The notes below the pieces were generated by a model, which was given only the letters and a program-made list of their open reading frames with translations, was not told the DNA's origin and did not search any database. From an uncultured virus (IMG/VR IMGVR_UViG_3300045970_000330) (lineage: Duplodnaviria; Heunggongvirae; Uroviricota; Caudoviricetes), in IMG/VR virus record IMGVR_UViG_3300045970_000330: DNA of 57,290 nt, one strand, 5' to 3'. This document shows positions 1 to 8,610 of the stretch, piece after piece (positions within the stretch are counted from its first letter, which is position 1; every line of letters starts with the position of its first letter). The position numbers were made by a program, and so were the translations under genes.

Positions 1-1315
1 TCAATTCAGGTGTTCCATTACCATCAAGTGCCCGCAGCATACGAGTGTTCAATCTAGTATTGTTGTCTTTACCTGTGCCCGTGGGAGCAAACTGACGGCA
101 AATTAAGCGCCCCTGCTCCCATGGTTCTGAGTCCATAGCGATTGGGCAAATATCCGGTGTATCTTTGTAATAAATCTTCAGCTCATGCAGCAGCTGTTCT
201 CCACCATTTCTATCGAGCCCTAAATACACTGGATTGAAGCGCTCAATATATTCCATAACAAGCTTTGCGTTCTCGGTAGCCCAACCCTTCTTAAAGTTGA
301 GGGATACACTAGCTACGATTACCCACTTGCGAGGTCCAATGCGCTTCAGGACCGTCAGGGCGGTGTGATCGCTGCCCCTGAAGGCTGGATCAACCCCAAT
401 GACGTAGATGCCTCCACGGACCCCTACAGCCTCAGGGACGGCACCTTGCTCAATAGCATAGAGCCTATTGCGTTCGAGCATCGCCCCGTTGTAGTAGTTA
501 TTCCCATAAGCGGTCCAATGCCCATAAATTTCACGGGCTACCTCATCTGCGGGGCTGGATTTCTCCATATCCGAAATGGCTTTATGGTCAATAATATGAC
601 TATAGGCTGCCGGAACATCCTTGTAACAGTAGTTGGCAAAGTAATATAAGGGCTTATTGGTTCTAGGGTCAATTTCTCCAGTTACCATACCCTTGTAGTG
701 CTTTTGGCAGGAGTCCCAGGTTAGTGACGGTCTATATCCACCTGTAGTTAATTGGATTATTTTTTGATTTCCATACTTATCCGTAATTGAGCAACAGGGA
801 ATAAAGACAGTTCGGACAATATCGGAAGGAATAGCTGCAACTTCGTCAATTACCAAAATGTTACACCGATACCCACGGACCCGGGCGCCGCCTTTATTGA
901 TGTCTGAGGGGATAGCCTTGCATACAGACCCATTTTTACATGTGAGCTTCCATTCAGAAGCCCCATGTAACACAAAGTCCCCTGCGGATGTAAGATCAAC
1001 GCATTTAGCTGCTTCGGGGTTTTCCCTAAGCACCTTTTCCATGAACTCTACTTGCAAGCGGGGCGTGGCGAACTTGAGTCCTAGCAGCAATATCTGAGTA
1101 CCTGGATGGGTAATGCACCACAATAGATTGAATATGCCCTGTCCCGCAGTTTTTCCCGTAGAGCGCCCTGAGCTGTTATAGCTGTAAGTGGCATTCCACA
1201 TACCAACTAAAATATCCCGTTGGTGTGGGGGTAAATCCACATTAGGCATCAAGATCGCCAATGCTAGCAGCGGATCATCCTGTAGCCGCTTAATGTGTGC
1301 TGGGAGCAGTGACAC
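1..1315 (-). CDS. terL: Terminase large subunit (3' end runs off the window; absent from the ORF track)
   Basis: Manual translation from GTG 1315, overlapping the upstream TAG, stays open to the window edge. It shows Walker A SSGRSTGKT, Walker B RGYRCNILVIDEVAAI and the nuclease motif YVIGVDPAFRGSDHTA. Confidence 0.92.
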   Translation of the reverse strand, partial: MSLLPAHIKRLQDDPLLALAILMPNVDLPPHQRDILVGMWNATYSYNSSGRSTGKTAGQGIFNLLWCITHPGTQILLLGLKFATPRLQVEFMEKVLRENPEAAKCVDLTSAGDFVLHGASEWKLTCKNGSVCKAIPSDINKGGARVRGYRCNILVIDEVAAIPSDIVRTVFIPCCSITDKYGNQKIIQLTTGGYRPSLTWDSCQKHYKGMVTGEIDPRTNKPLYYFANYCYKDVPAAYSHIIDHKAISDMEKSSPADEVAREIYGHWTAYGNNYYNGAMLERNRLYAIEQGAVPEAVGVRGGIYVIGVDPAFRGSDHTALTVLKRIGPRKWVIVASVSLNFKKGWATENAKLVMEYIERFNPVYLGLDRNGGEQLLHELKIYYKDTPDICPIAMDSEPWEQGRLICRQFAPTGTGKDNNTRLNTRMLRALDGNGTPEL

Positions 1316-1719
1316 TACTTCCCCTCACCGAAGGCGTCAGCAGCACGCGCTAGCATGGTCTGCTTAACCTCCGTTACCTCCTGCATAGCAGGTTCATCAA
1401 TAGCCCTATTGAAGTGATCGACAATAAGCTCAGCTGTGCTACGCTGCCCGCCCTTGTTCTCACCCGCAGACTGTGAGGGTAGAGCTTTCAGTGCCTGCCC
1501 TAGCTCAATAATGCGCTTGTTAGACGCAGATAGGGCACTATGATCAATCGACTCAGAAGAATACAGCTCGGAGTTGATTCGTGTTTCGCATACCAGCATG
1601 CGAGTCATCTGATCCCGCAGTGCCTTAACGGGATCGGCTTGCACTTCGGCTTCTAGGTAGATGTCTGCCCGCTCAATGTTGGTGCGCTCCTGGGCGCTCT
1701 TAGGCGCCTTACGGGTCAC
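1315..1719 (-). CDS. Putative terminase small subunit (134 aa, helical)
   Basis: GTG start coupled by GTGA to the upstream ORF and TAGTG coupling to terL. Function is inferred from position and size only. Confidence 0.5.
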   Translation of the reverse strand: MTRKAPKSAQERTNIERADIYLEAEVQADPVKALRDQMTRMLVCETRINSELYSSESIDHSALSASNKRIIELGQALKALPSQSAGENKGGQRSTAELIVDHFNRAIDEPAMQEVTEVKQTMLARAADAFGEGK

Positions 1720-1829
1720 TTTAAGCTCCGCATGATGACGGGCACGGGCTTCCAGAAACGCAGCACTGGTTCCACGGCGGCGGTTCCCAGCAGGATCATC
1801 AGAACGAAGGCGCGGCGAATTAGGGTCAT
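1716..1829 (-). CDS. 37-aa small membrane protein MTLIRRAFVLMILLGTAAVEPVLRFWKPVPVIMRSLK
   Basis: ATGA and GTGA translational coupling on both sides; one hydrophobic segment. Confidence 0.6.
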   Translation of the reverse strand: MTLIRRAFVLMILLGTAAVEPVLRFWKPVPVIMRSLK

Positions 1830-2158
1830 TGGATGCTTTCAGCTGTAATCTCGGGGTGGTGATTGTAATTGGTCGCGGTTTCGGCAGCGAGGAACTTTCG
1901 CCGTTCATGCTCCTGTAGATGGTCGGTCCCGAAAGGGATAGTGCCATCGGTATTAGGCTTGTCCAAATTAGATTGGTTATCACGAATCCACTTGTTGAGT
2001 TCAGGGTCATTGCCAAACTGCTTCAAAAGGTCATCAGAAAAATGGGGCTCTAGGCGATTGTTATTTCCTCGCAGGGAAGCAGCTGCATGAATTTTGTGTC
2101 TTGTCCCATTTTTGCTCCGGGGATTTGCCTGCGCCCGGTTAAGTTCAGAGTCGGTCAT
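1826..2158 (-). CDS. Hypothetical protein, first gene of the leftward packaging operon
   Basis: GGAG RBS and a minus-strand GGTGGTAATG motif at about 2179-2188. Confidence 0.75.
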   Translation of the reverse strand: MTDSELNRAQANPRSKNGTRHKIHAAASLRGNNNRLEPHFSDDLLKQFGNDPELNKWIRDNQSNLDKPNTDGTIPFGTDHLQEHERRKFLAAETATNYNHHPEITAESIQ

Positions 2159-2284
2159 GGTTTATAGCTCCTAGTGTCCATTACCACCGGAGCATTTGCT
2201 GCCTGCTGCTTTTCACTCAGGGGCTGCGTGTTTCCATTTTCCGCTTCGTTGGTGGTAAACAAATCTTGGGGGCGCCCGAGGGAC

Positions 2285-2510
2285 ACAAGTACACGTTTGA
2301 TAAGTACACTGCTTCTGTAATTACACTTCTTATCTATTCACACAGTATCTATAGATAGACTATACACTCATAAGACTATAATTAGCTAGCTACTATATAC
2401 AACTAACCTATATAGTTTAACGTGTACACGTTATATCTATATACAACGTATGTAGTGAAGCTAGCAGATATACGAGTGAAATATGTACACGCTGAATATG
2501 TACACGTGTG
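2285..2510. repeat. AT-rich divergent intergenic region with five GTACAC copies and the 16-bp palindrome TAACGTGTACACGTTA (2418-2433)
   Basis: GTACAC at 2289, 2304, 2424, 2485 and 2500; AATATGTACACG occurs twice. Confidence 0.8.
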
Positions 2511-2549
2511 GAAAAGTCGGGTGGTAGTAATTATTGAAGGGACTAACCG

Positions 2550-2786
2550 ATGAGCAAGAAGCAGCAAGTAACTATTAATCCAATAGCAACAGCACTTGAG
2601 TGGATTATGGGCTCAACCCTTAGTGAACCCCGCGCAGTTGGCATTCGTTTCGATGCAGGGCAGAGCGAAATGACCATCAAGATGATCTCGGGGGGCAAAG
2701 CAATCAATGAAGTAACTATCACGGGCGTGCGAGCTGCAAGACATATCCTGGACGATGCAGCGGATGCCTTGGTGGTAATTAGCTAG
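2550..2786 (+). CDS. Hypothetical protein
   Basis: Purine-rich RBS and upstream GGTGGTAGTAA motif variant. Confidence 0.7.
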   Translation: MSKKQQVTINPIATALEWIMGSTLSEPRAVGIRFDAGQSEMTIKMISGGKAINEVTITGVRAARHILDDAADALVVIS

Positions 2787-2797
2787 TAGGAGATCCC

Positions 2798-3493
2798 TTG
2801 AGCAAAGCAACCATGAAGACCTCACCCAAACCCCGAGTCGCGGAAGATACCGATGACCTTATGGAATCCCTCATGGGTGGTCCTTCGCTGCTGAGCCCGT
2901 TTGCCCCTGTGATTACTATCCGGGGTGAAGTTGATGCAGCTATGGCAGGCGCTTTCCGCACAGCTGTGGACAAGCTCAAATACCAGCGGCGTAGTGAAGT
3001 CGCCATGTTGGAGATCAATTCCATCGGGGGCTCCATTTTTGCGGGCTTTGAAATGGTCAACATCATGAAAGCCAGCGGCATGGACTGGATCACCTACAAT
3101 GCGAGCCACGCATTCAGTGTAGGAGCCCTGCTGTTGAGTGAAGGCAGTCCAGGGGCTAGGTTCATGTCTCCCATGGCTTCTGCCCTTATCCACGGCATGT
3201 CTACAGGCATTAGCTTCCAGGGTATTGATGAAGTATCCGCCCAGGTCGAGCATGATGTGTTCCTGAATGACATGCTGCTTGATGCCATCGCAAAGAATTG
3301 CTCTATGAGTCTTGTAAAGCTCAAGAAAATCATCAAGGATTCGGGAAGCCGTGACCTATGGCTTACCCCACAACAGGCACTTGACACGAAGCTTGTGGAC
3401 AAGATTTCTGTTATTTCTCTGGACCCCGTGCAGGGCTTTGAGCTGACAGTAGACGAGCCGTCCGATAAAAAGCCTAGCAAGGGCAAGAAATAA
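2798..3493 (+). CDS. clpP: ClpP-family serine protease
   Basis: INSIGGSIFAG, HAFSVG (catalytic Ser region), ALIHG and RDLWLTPQQALD motifs. Confidence 0.85.
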   Translation: MSKATMKTSPKPRVAEDTDDLMESLMGGPSLLSPFAPVITIRGEVDAAMAGAFRTAVDKLKYQRRSEVAMLEINSIGGSIFAGFEMVNIMKASGMDWITYNASHAFSVGALLLSEGSPGARFMSPMASALIHGMSTGISFQGIDEVSAQVEHDVFLNDMLLDAIAKNCSMSLVKLKKIIKDSGSRDLWLTPQQALDTKLVDKISVISLDPVQGFELTVDEPSDKKPSKGKK

Positions 3494-3513
3494 GCAGCAA
3501 GCAGCTACTACAG

Positions 3514-3551
3514 AGAGCGAGATCAGCGGTGGTAACAACTGATCTCGCTCT
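3514..3551 (+). promoter_or_regulatory. 13-bp perfect inverted repeat with CGGTGGTAACAA as its loop, upstream of nrdJ
   Basis: AGAGCGAGATCAG (3514-3526) pairs with CTGATCTCGCTCT (3539-3551). Confidence 0.75.
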
Positions 3552-3570
3552 TACTTTGTCTGGAGACATG

Positions 3571-5469
3571 ATGCACCAAAGTCAGTATCAACAGTTCATT
3601 CACCTAAGTCGCTACGCCCGGTGGCAGGAAGCTAGTAAGCGGCGGGAAACTTGGGATGAAACTGCTGATAGGTATGTAGACTACATTGCCAAGAAGTGCC
3701 CCCAGGTGCCCACTGAGGTTATTGAAGAAATTCGAGGGGCTATTAAGAGCCACCAAATTATGCCGTCTATGCGTGCCCTTATGACAGCGGGTAAGGCTTT
3801 AGATCGTGATAATGCTGCGGGATACAACTGCGGATTCTTGGCGGTAGATCATCCTAGGGCATTTGACGAAGCGCTATACTTGCTCGCATGTGGTGTAGGT
3901 GTTGGATTTAGCGTTGAACGCCAGTTCGTTAATCAGCTACCAACGGTTAGTGAGACATTTCACACTTCGTCTAATGTCATTACGGTTGGGGACTCGAAGA
4001 TTGGTTGGGCTACGGCGCTCAAGGAGCTGATTTCGCTTCTATACGTGGGTGAAGTCCCTACATACGACACGAGCAAAGTGCGGGCTGCTGGTGCGCGCCT
4101 GAAGACCTTTGGGGGGCGTGCAAGCGGTCCCGAGCCCTTGGAGCAGTTGTTCAAATACACCATTGCCCTGTTCCGGCGAGCCGCTGGACGCAGGCTCACA
4201 TCTATTGAGTGCCACGATCTTATGTGCAAAATCGCAGACACTATCGTGGTTGGTGGTGTGCGTAGATCAGCGCTTATTTCCTTGAGCAACCTGTCTGATG
4301 ACCGCATGCGCAATGCTAAATCGGGACAGTGGTGGGAAGCTCATCCAGAGCGGGCATTGGCTAATAATTCAGTCGCTTATACAGAGCGTCCTGAGATTGG
4401 CGCCTTCATGGGGGAGTGGAAGTCCCTGTATGATTCCAAAAGCGGAGAGCGCGGCGTAGTGAATCGCGGAGCAGCTAAGCGGGCAGCTATTGCTAATGGG
4501 CGGCGTGACCCCAATTATGACTTTGGCACTAATCCTTGTGGCGAAATCTTCCTGCGTCCCAATGGATTTTGCAATTTGACTGAGGTTGTTATCCGCGCTG
4601 GGGATGACATGGTAAGTCTGCGTAACAAGATTAGACTTGCTACTATTCTAGGCACCATGCAGTCCACCTTGACTGATTTCCGCTACCTACGATCAGTCTG
4701 GAAGAAGAACGCAGAGGACGAACGACTCCTAGGGGTAAGTCTTACGGGTATTATGGATAACTCCACCATGAACGGATCGGCGGGCATGGAGCAGCTTGAG
4801 GGCTCCTTAGTTCTTCTTAGGAATCATGCTATTGCTGTAAATAAGGATTATGCACAGTTACTGGGAATTAATCAAAGCACAGCTGTTACCACTGTAAAAC
4901 CATCAGGCACTGTTTCGCAGTTAGTTGATTCTGCTTCGGGTATCCACCCACGCTACTCGGAATACTATATCCGCACGGTTCGTGGCGATAAAAAGGACCC
5001 CCTTAGTCAGATGATGTTCATGAGTGGCATCCCTGCGGAGGATGAAGCGCGCCGCCCTGATGATATGTGGGTATTCTCGTTCCCCCAAAAATCACCAAAG
5101 GGTGCCATTTTGAGGAATGACAGAACCGCGCTAGAGCAGCTAGACCTGTATCTCGCATATAAGCGCTCATGGGCAGAGCATAATGTTTCCATCACGTGTT
5201 ACGTCAAGGAAGCCGAATGGTTGGAAGTTGGCGCCTGGGTTTATCGACATTGGGATTTGGTAGGTGGTGTATCGTTTCTACCACATGACGAAGGAACTAC
5301 GAGCTACGTCCAAGCACCTTACCAGGAAGTAACCAAGGATGCCTACGAAGCCCTGCTAGCAAAAATGCCCGATCTAAACTGGGATCTACTCAAAGAATAC
5401 GAAAAAATTGATTCCACTACAGGCAGCCACGATCTTGCCTGTGCTGCGGGCGGCTGTGAAATAGTGTGA
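3571..5469 (+). CDS. nrdJ: Class II (adenosylcobalamin-dependent) ribonucleotide reductase
   Basis: YNCGF, GGVRRSALI, TNPCGEI, CNLTE, TTVKPSGT and C-terminal CAAGGC. Start moved to the ATG after GGAG. Confidence 0.95.
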   Translation: MHQSQYQQFIHLSRYARWQEASKRRETWDETADRYVDYIAKKCPQVPTEVIEEIRGAIKSHQIMPSMRALMTAGKALDRDNAAGYNCGFLAVDHPRAFDEALYLLACGVGVGFSVERQFVNQLPTVSETFHTSSNVITVGDSKIGWATALKELISLLYVGEVPTYDTSKVRAAGARLKTFGGRASGPEPLEQLFKYTIALFRRAAGRRLTSIECHDLMCKIADTIVVGGVRRSALISLSNLSDDRMRNAKSGQWWEAHPERALANNSVAYTERPEIGAFMGEWKSLYDSKSGERGVVNRGAAKRAAIANGRRDPNYDFGTNPCGEIFLRPNGFCNLTEVVIRAGDDMVSLRNKIRLATILGTMQSTLTDFRYLRSVWKKNAEDERLLGVSLTGIMDNSTMNGSAGMEQLEGSLVLLRNHAIAVNKDYAQLLGINQSTAVTTVKPSGTVSQLVDSASGIHPRYSEYYIRTVRGDKKDPLSQMMFMSGIPAEDEARRPDDMWVFSFPQKSPKGAILRNDRTALEQLDLYLAYKRSWAEHNVSITCYVKEAEWLEVGAWVYRHWDLVGGVSFLPHDEGTTSYVQAPYQEVTKDAYEALLAKMPDLNWDLLKEYEKIDSTTGSHDLACAAGGCEIV

Positions 5470-5520
5470 CTTGACACAACGCCCGGTGGTAACAATCAAT
5501 AACCTAACAAGGAGCTATAC

Positions 5521-5775
5521 ATGAACGAGCTAGAAACAGCAGTATCGGAACTCAATGCCCTTCTTGGATGCATGGAATCCGGTTACTACCAAATGGGCGG
5601 TCCTGACATCCTGATGCTCACGCATAAGTTCAAGGAACAGGATGGCACCTATACACAGACGCACAAGATCCAGGTTCAGGGGACGGATGAGATCCTAATT
5701 GATTGGATCGCCTCTAAGCTGGATGCCATCAAACCGGAGCCCGTGGCGCCCGTAAAGGTGCCGAGAAAGAAGTGA
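5521..5775 (+). CDS. Hypothetical protein
   Basis: AAGGAG RBS and GGTGGTAACAA at 5485. Confidence 0.8.
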   Translation: MNELETAVSELNALLGCMESGYYQMGGPDILMLTHKFKEQDGTYTQTHKIQVQGTDEILIDWIASKLDAIKPEPVAPVKVPRKK

Positions 5776-6263
5776 CTGAGGCTATTCAACGTATCCACCT
5801 GTTCTGTGACGGGAACTACCTATACTTCAGTGCTCGCGGGGCAGGGCTCCACCAGGACTTTGCCAAACTGGAGAGTAATGTCATCGACAAATTCGGCGGT
5901 CCAGGGTGTGCTGTAATCGAATCTAGGTTCTTCTATACGCGCCCGCCTGCTGAAACAGATCCACATGCCGTCGTAGGGTGGTTAAAGGCACATCAGTGGA
6001 AGGTAGTTACCTACTCCTACGCCCACACTACCCAGGACACGCTCTATGTGAGCATGATTCACGATATGTGGAGTGTATTCTGTGCTGAGCCCCCGGATAC
6101 ACTGTCCTGTTTTGTGGTGATTAGTGGTAGCGGCGCGCTTGTGTATCCGCTGATGTCGTTCCCTAAGGCAATTATAGTTGCTTGCGTGGAAGCCTCCGCA
6201 AACAAACGTCTGCTTGATCTACCCGCTGTTGTTCACATCCCCCTGGTGTCTCTGCTCACGTGA
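5772..6263 (+). CDS. NYN/LabA-family (PIN-like fold) putative ribonuclease
   Basis: N-terminal IHLFCDGNYL, RFFY strand, QDT..VSMIHD and VVISGSG match the NYN layout. The usual SGDGD acidic residues appear degenerate. Confidence 0.65.
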   Translation: MTEAIQRIHLFCDGNYLYFSARGAGLHQDFAKLESNVIDKFGGPGCAVIESRFFYTRPPAETDPHAVVGWLKAHQWKVVTYSYAHTTQDTLYVSMIHDMWSVFCAEPPDTLSCFVVISGSGALVYPLMSFPKAIIVACVEASANKRLLDLPAVVHIPLVSLLT

Positions 6264-6283
6264 TCCAGCGGTGGTAACAGATA

Positions 6284-7080
6284 GTCAAGACGCCGGATGA
6301 GTCCAGTGCCAACATCCTTGATAACTTGGCTATCATGCTCGGTCTGCGCGAGAGCGCAATACCTGATGAGTGACGATAGGCGTTGGTCCCCGCTGCCCCA
6401 AACAAGCAGGAAAGATACGGGGGACTTGGGAAAGCAGGCATAGCTGCTCACATGTGCGCCATTCAGGAACTTCCACCAATGCCTCGGGTGGAGGGGGGAA
6501 CTGTCACAGATCGAGTGGACGTTAAAGCTCGAAAGCTCGGCGGGCACCCACACACGGGTAATACAGGAGTAACGCGGGGATCGTCCCCCCGCAGCATATT
6601 TGGGGTGTTGCTAATAGGCAACTTAATGGGGAGCGTTCACAACCCGCCCCTACCAAACGGTAACCCGCAAGGGTGGTTAGGACTCCTGCCGTATAAAAGG
6701 AGACTGGCGGCTTCTCCAGCCATCACTAGAAGAAGGAGAATGACAGGGCGCAAAGACGCCCACCAATCTAGTGGGGTAGCTCAGAAGGCGGTAGCCACCT
6801 ACACAATCTCACAGTTGATCGTGTGTAATGTGTTGAACCTTGTGGTAGCGAATGTGAGTTTAGTGCAGAAGCCATGCCTAGGTCGCTGTTGAAAATACAG
6901 CCCCCACTTCCATATATGAACCCGACTACAACCCCCTAGTGGCGGCTCTGTCGCGGAATGCCGGGTCATCCCAAATCCTCTACGGGTAACCGTTAGGGGT
7001 CATCTTCATAGTGCGTGCGAGGTGTTCATTTTTATTTTCGGGCACTGTGCCCATGAGTCTGCAACAGAACAACCGCTCGC
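6284..7080 (+). ncRNA. Structured ncRNA array A: serial hairpins and NCCA-ended tRNA-like units
   Basis: No credible CDS and dense stems. Helices end in ACCA, GCCA or TCCA at 6655, 6722, 6765 and 6912. GGTGGTAACAG precedes the array at 6270. Confidence 0.7.
6770..6912 (+). ncRNA. tRNA-like RNA with a roughly 85-90 nt insertion in place of the anticodon arm
   Basis: Acceptor AGTGGGG/CCCCACT plus T-CCA, TAGCTCAG start, AGGTC linker and T-arm GCTGT-TGAAAAT-ACAGC. Confidence 0.7.
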
Positions 7081-7114
7081 ATGGGTGGTAACAAGTAAGT
7101 GAAAGGATGTCCTT

Positions 7115-7354
7115 ATGACACCGAACGAAGCTCCTATCCATAGCGAGTGCAAGTCTCACAAGGTCCGCGTTAACGTAGAACTCTACATTAGCGCCCCTAC
7201 TGAAGAAGAAGCTGATCTGTTCGCCATGAAGTATGTGCGGCGCGCTCTTAGTTTGAACTTCCAGCAGGGTTTCTCCATTGATGTTCCCGTGCATGTCGGC
7301 ACCGGACTCATCAAGCAGGGTCGTGTTTCTGTCTATCACCCCCGGGTGATGTAG
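7115..7354 (+). CDS. Hypothetical protein
   Basis: AAAGGA RBS and GGTGGTAACAA at 7084. Confidence 0.75.
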   Translation: MTPNEAPIHSECKSHKVRVNVELYISAPTEEEADLFAMKYVRRALSLNFQQGFSIDVPVHVGTGLIKQGRVSVYHPRVM

Positions 7355-7467
7355 TGAGCGGGGTTCTAGTCTATCTAGGCGCAGGGCTGGCGATTATCGC
7401 TACAACGCCCTTGGTGTTCCTAAAGGGCTGTTGGGACTACATAGCGCTCTGGTGCAAGACGAAGTAG
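7354..7467 (+). CDS. 37-aa small membrane protein
   Basis: TAGTG coupling; hydrophobic VLVYLGAGLAIIATTPLVFL. Confidence 0.5.
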   Translation: MSGVLVYLGAGLAIIATTPLVFLKGCWDYIALWCKTK

Positions 7468-7787
7468 CAAGCGGGGCAGGGTTCTTAGCACCTAATCGGG
7501 AATCCTATCGTGAGGGCGTGGACGGGGCTACTCATGAACTTCAAGCAATACGCTCGGTGGTAACAAGCATCAAGGAAGTAGATCATTGACAACTTGGCGG
7601 CGGGAATATCCGCCTTATCATGCTCGGGGGCTACAAGCGGCGAACCCTTGATTGGGACGAACTAATAGAGCCTTTAACGACACCCCCGAGCAGTAGCGGA
7701 TCACCCCTCACGAGCGGCAGCCGACATGGGCTAATAACCCCGGCAAGGGATTAAGCCGATTGCCCGTGTCCCAGGTGGTCCTATCTT

Positions 7788-7851
7788 GCTCCATCGTCTA
7801 ATTAAGACCACGCATCGAGCGTTAATGTGGGTAAAGCCCACTGGAGCTACA
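7788..7851 (+). ncRNA. Miniature cloverleaf of about 60 nt with shrunken loops
   Basis: GCTCCA/TGGAGC acceptor, GTCT-AATTA-AGAC, ACGC-ATCGA-GCGT and GTGGG-TAAAG-CCCAC, followed by TACA. Confidence 0.65.
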
Positions 7852-8131
7852 AGAAGAACATCCCGCAGTTACTAGGTAAAAGCCGAGCAACACGGCAATG
7901 AAGCTTGCACCTAGAGACTCTCATCCTGATCGTGAAAGGGACAGAGCTAACTGGTTGTGGTGTTTGGACCCGGGGGACATGGCGCCCATACCCCCGGTAT
8001 CATGCGAGTGTTCCTTCCGTAGCGCGTATAAGGATCTCAGACCGATAGCGGTAGAGGGCTGAGGCTAAACCGAGTAGTCCATCATGCACGCCTTCATGAG
8101 CGCAGCTATCCCTCGGGAATCATGATCTCTA

Positions 8132-8201
8132 CCCCTGTAGTTTAACCAAAACGGACCCCGTGGGGGGTTTGTTACAGTCTTGGACGATTGTCGGGGGACC
8201 A
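8132..8201 (+). ncRNA. Aberrant tRNA-like RNA, CCA-ended, with GTG in its central loop
   Basis: CCCCTG/CGGGG acceptor plus ACCA, short GTTT/AAAC D-arm, GACCCC-GTGG-GGGGTT arm and ACAGTC-TTGGAC-GATTGT T-like arm. Confidence 0.6.
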
Positions 8202-8382
8202 ATTCATATACAGAAGGAGCAGACCCTAGTGTGGCATGGGGCGACTGGTTCGTAGAATCGAGTGGGCGTCACTTCCCAGGAGAGGATTCAAGCTAGTCAA
8301 ACGGAGTGGCGGGATCGAAAGGGGAGCAGGGTAGTGCCTGTGAAGCGAGTAGTGATGTGTTCACACCGACTGTATATATCAT

Positions 8383-8458
8383 GGGGCTATAGCTCAGCTG
8401 GGAGAGCGCCGCGTTTGCAACGCGGATGTCGCAGGTTCAAGCCCTGTTAGCTCCACCA
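8383..8458 (+). tRNA. tRNA-Ala(UGC)
   Basis: Canonical 76-nt cloverleaf with G3:U70, loop TTTGCAA and encoded CCA. Confidence 0.97.
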
Positions 8459-8610
8459 ATATTCCTATACGAATAAAAATATCCTAATAGGAATATTTCA
8501 AAAAGTCTGCCTACCCTGGGGGCACGGAGATCCATATGTGCGGAGAAATCCAGCTAGATCCCAACTGTCACAGTCAAACAGATACTTACTGCACTAGGGT
8601 TGGAAACACT

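Larger units (their letters stand above)
7567..8377 (+). ncRNA. Structured ncRNA array B
   Basis: Discrete stem-closed units: 7622-7691 (GCTCGGGGG/CCCCCGAGC), 7698-7781 (GGATCACC/GGTGGTCC), about 7857-7965, and 8206-8377 (ATATACAG/CTGTATAT). GGTGGTAACAA at 7556. Confidence 0.7.

Noticed and set aside
1315..2158. Programmed frameshift joining the overlapping 110-aa and 233-aa minus-strand ORFs
   Set aside because: Three coupled genes (2158-1826, 1829-1716, 1719-1315) with ATGA/GTGA overlaps explain the region.
3526..6275. GCGGTGGT as a Caulobacter-type Chi site
   Set aside because: Only two motif copies have the GC prefix, while AACAA and the pre-gene position are conserved, which fits a promoter better.
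6293..6415. Hammerhead ribozyme suggested by CTGATGAG and GGATGAGTCC
   Set aside because: I could not build stem II with a correctly placed GAAA and stems I/III; an Infernal search would settle it.
6383..6892. 169-aa ORF from the track
   Set aside because: TTG start without RBS, unnatural composition, and it overlies the structured RNA units.
6770..6912. tmRNA or group I intron-containing tRNA
   Set aside because: Too short, no G3:U70, no tag frame and no recognisable group I core.
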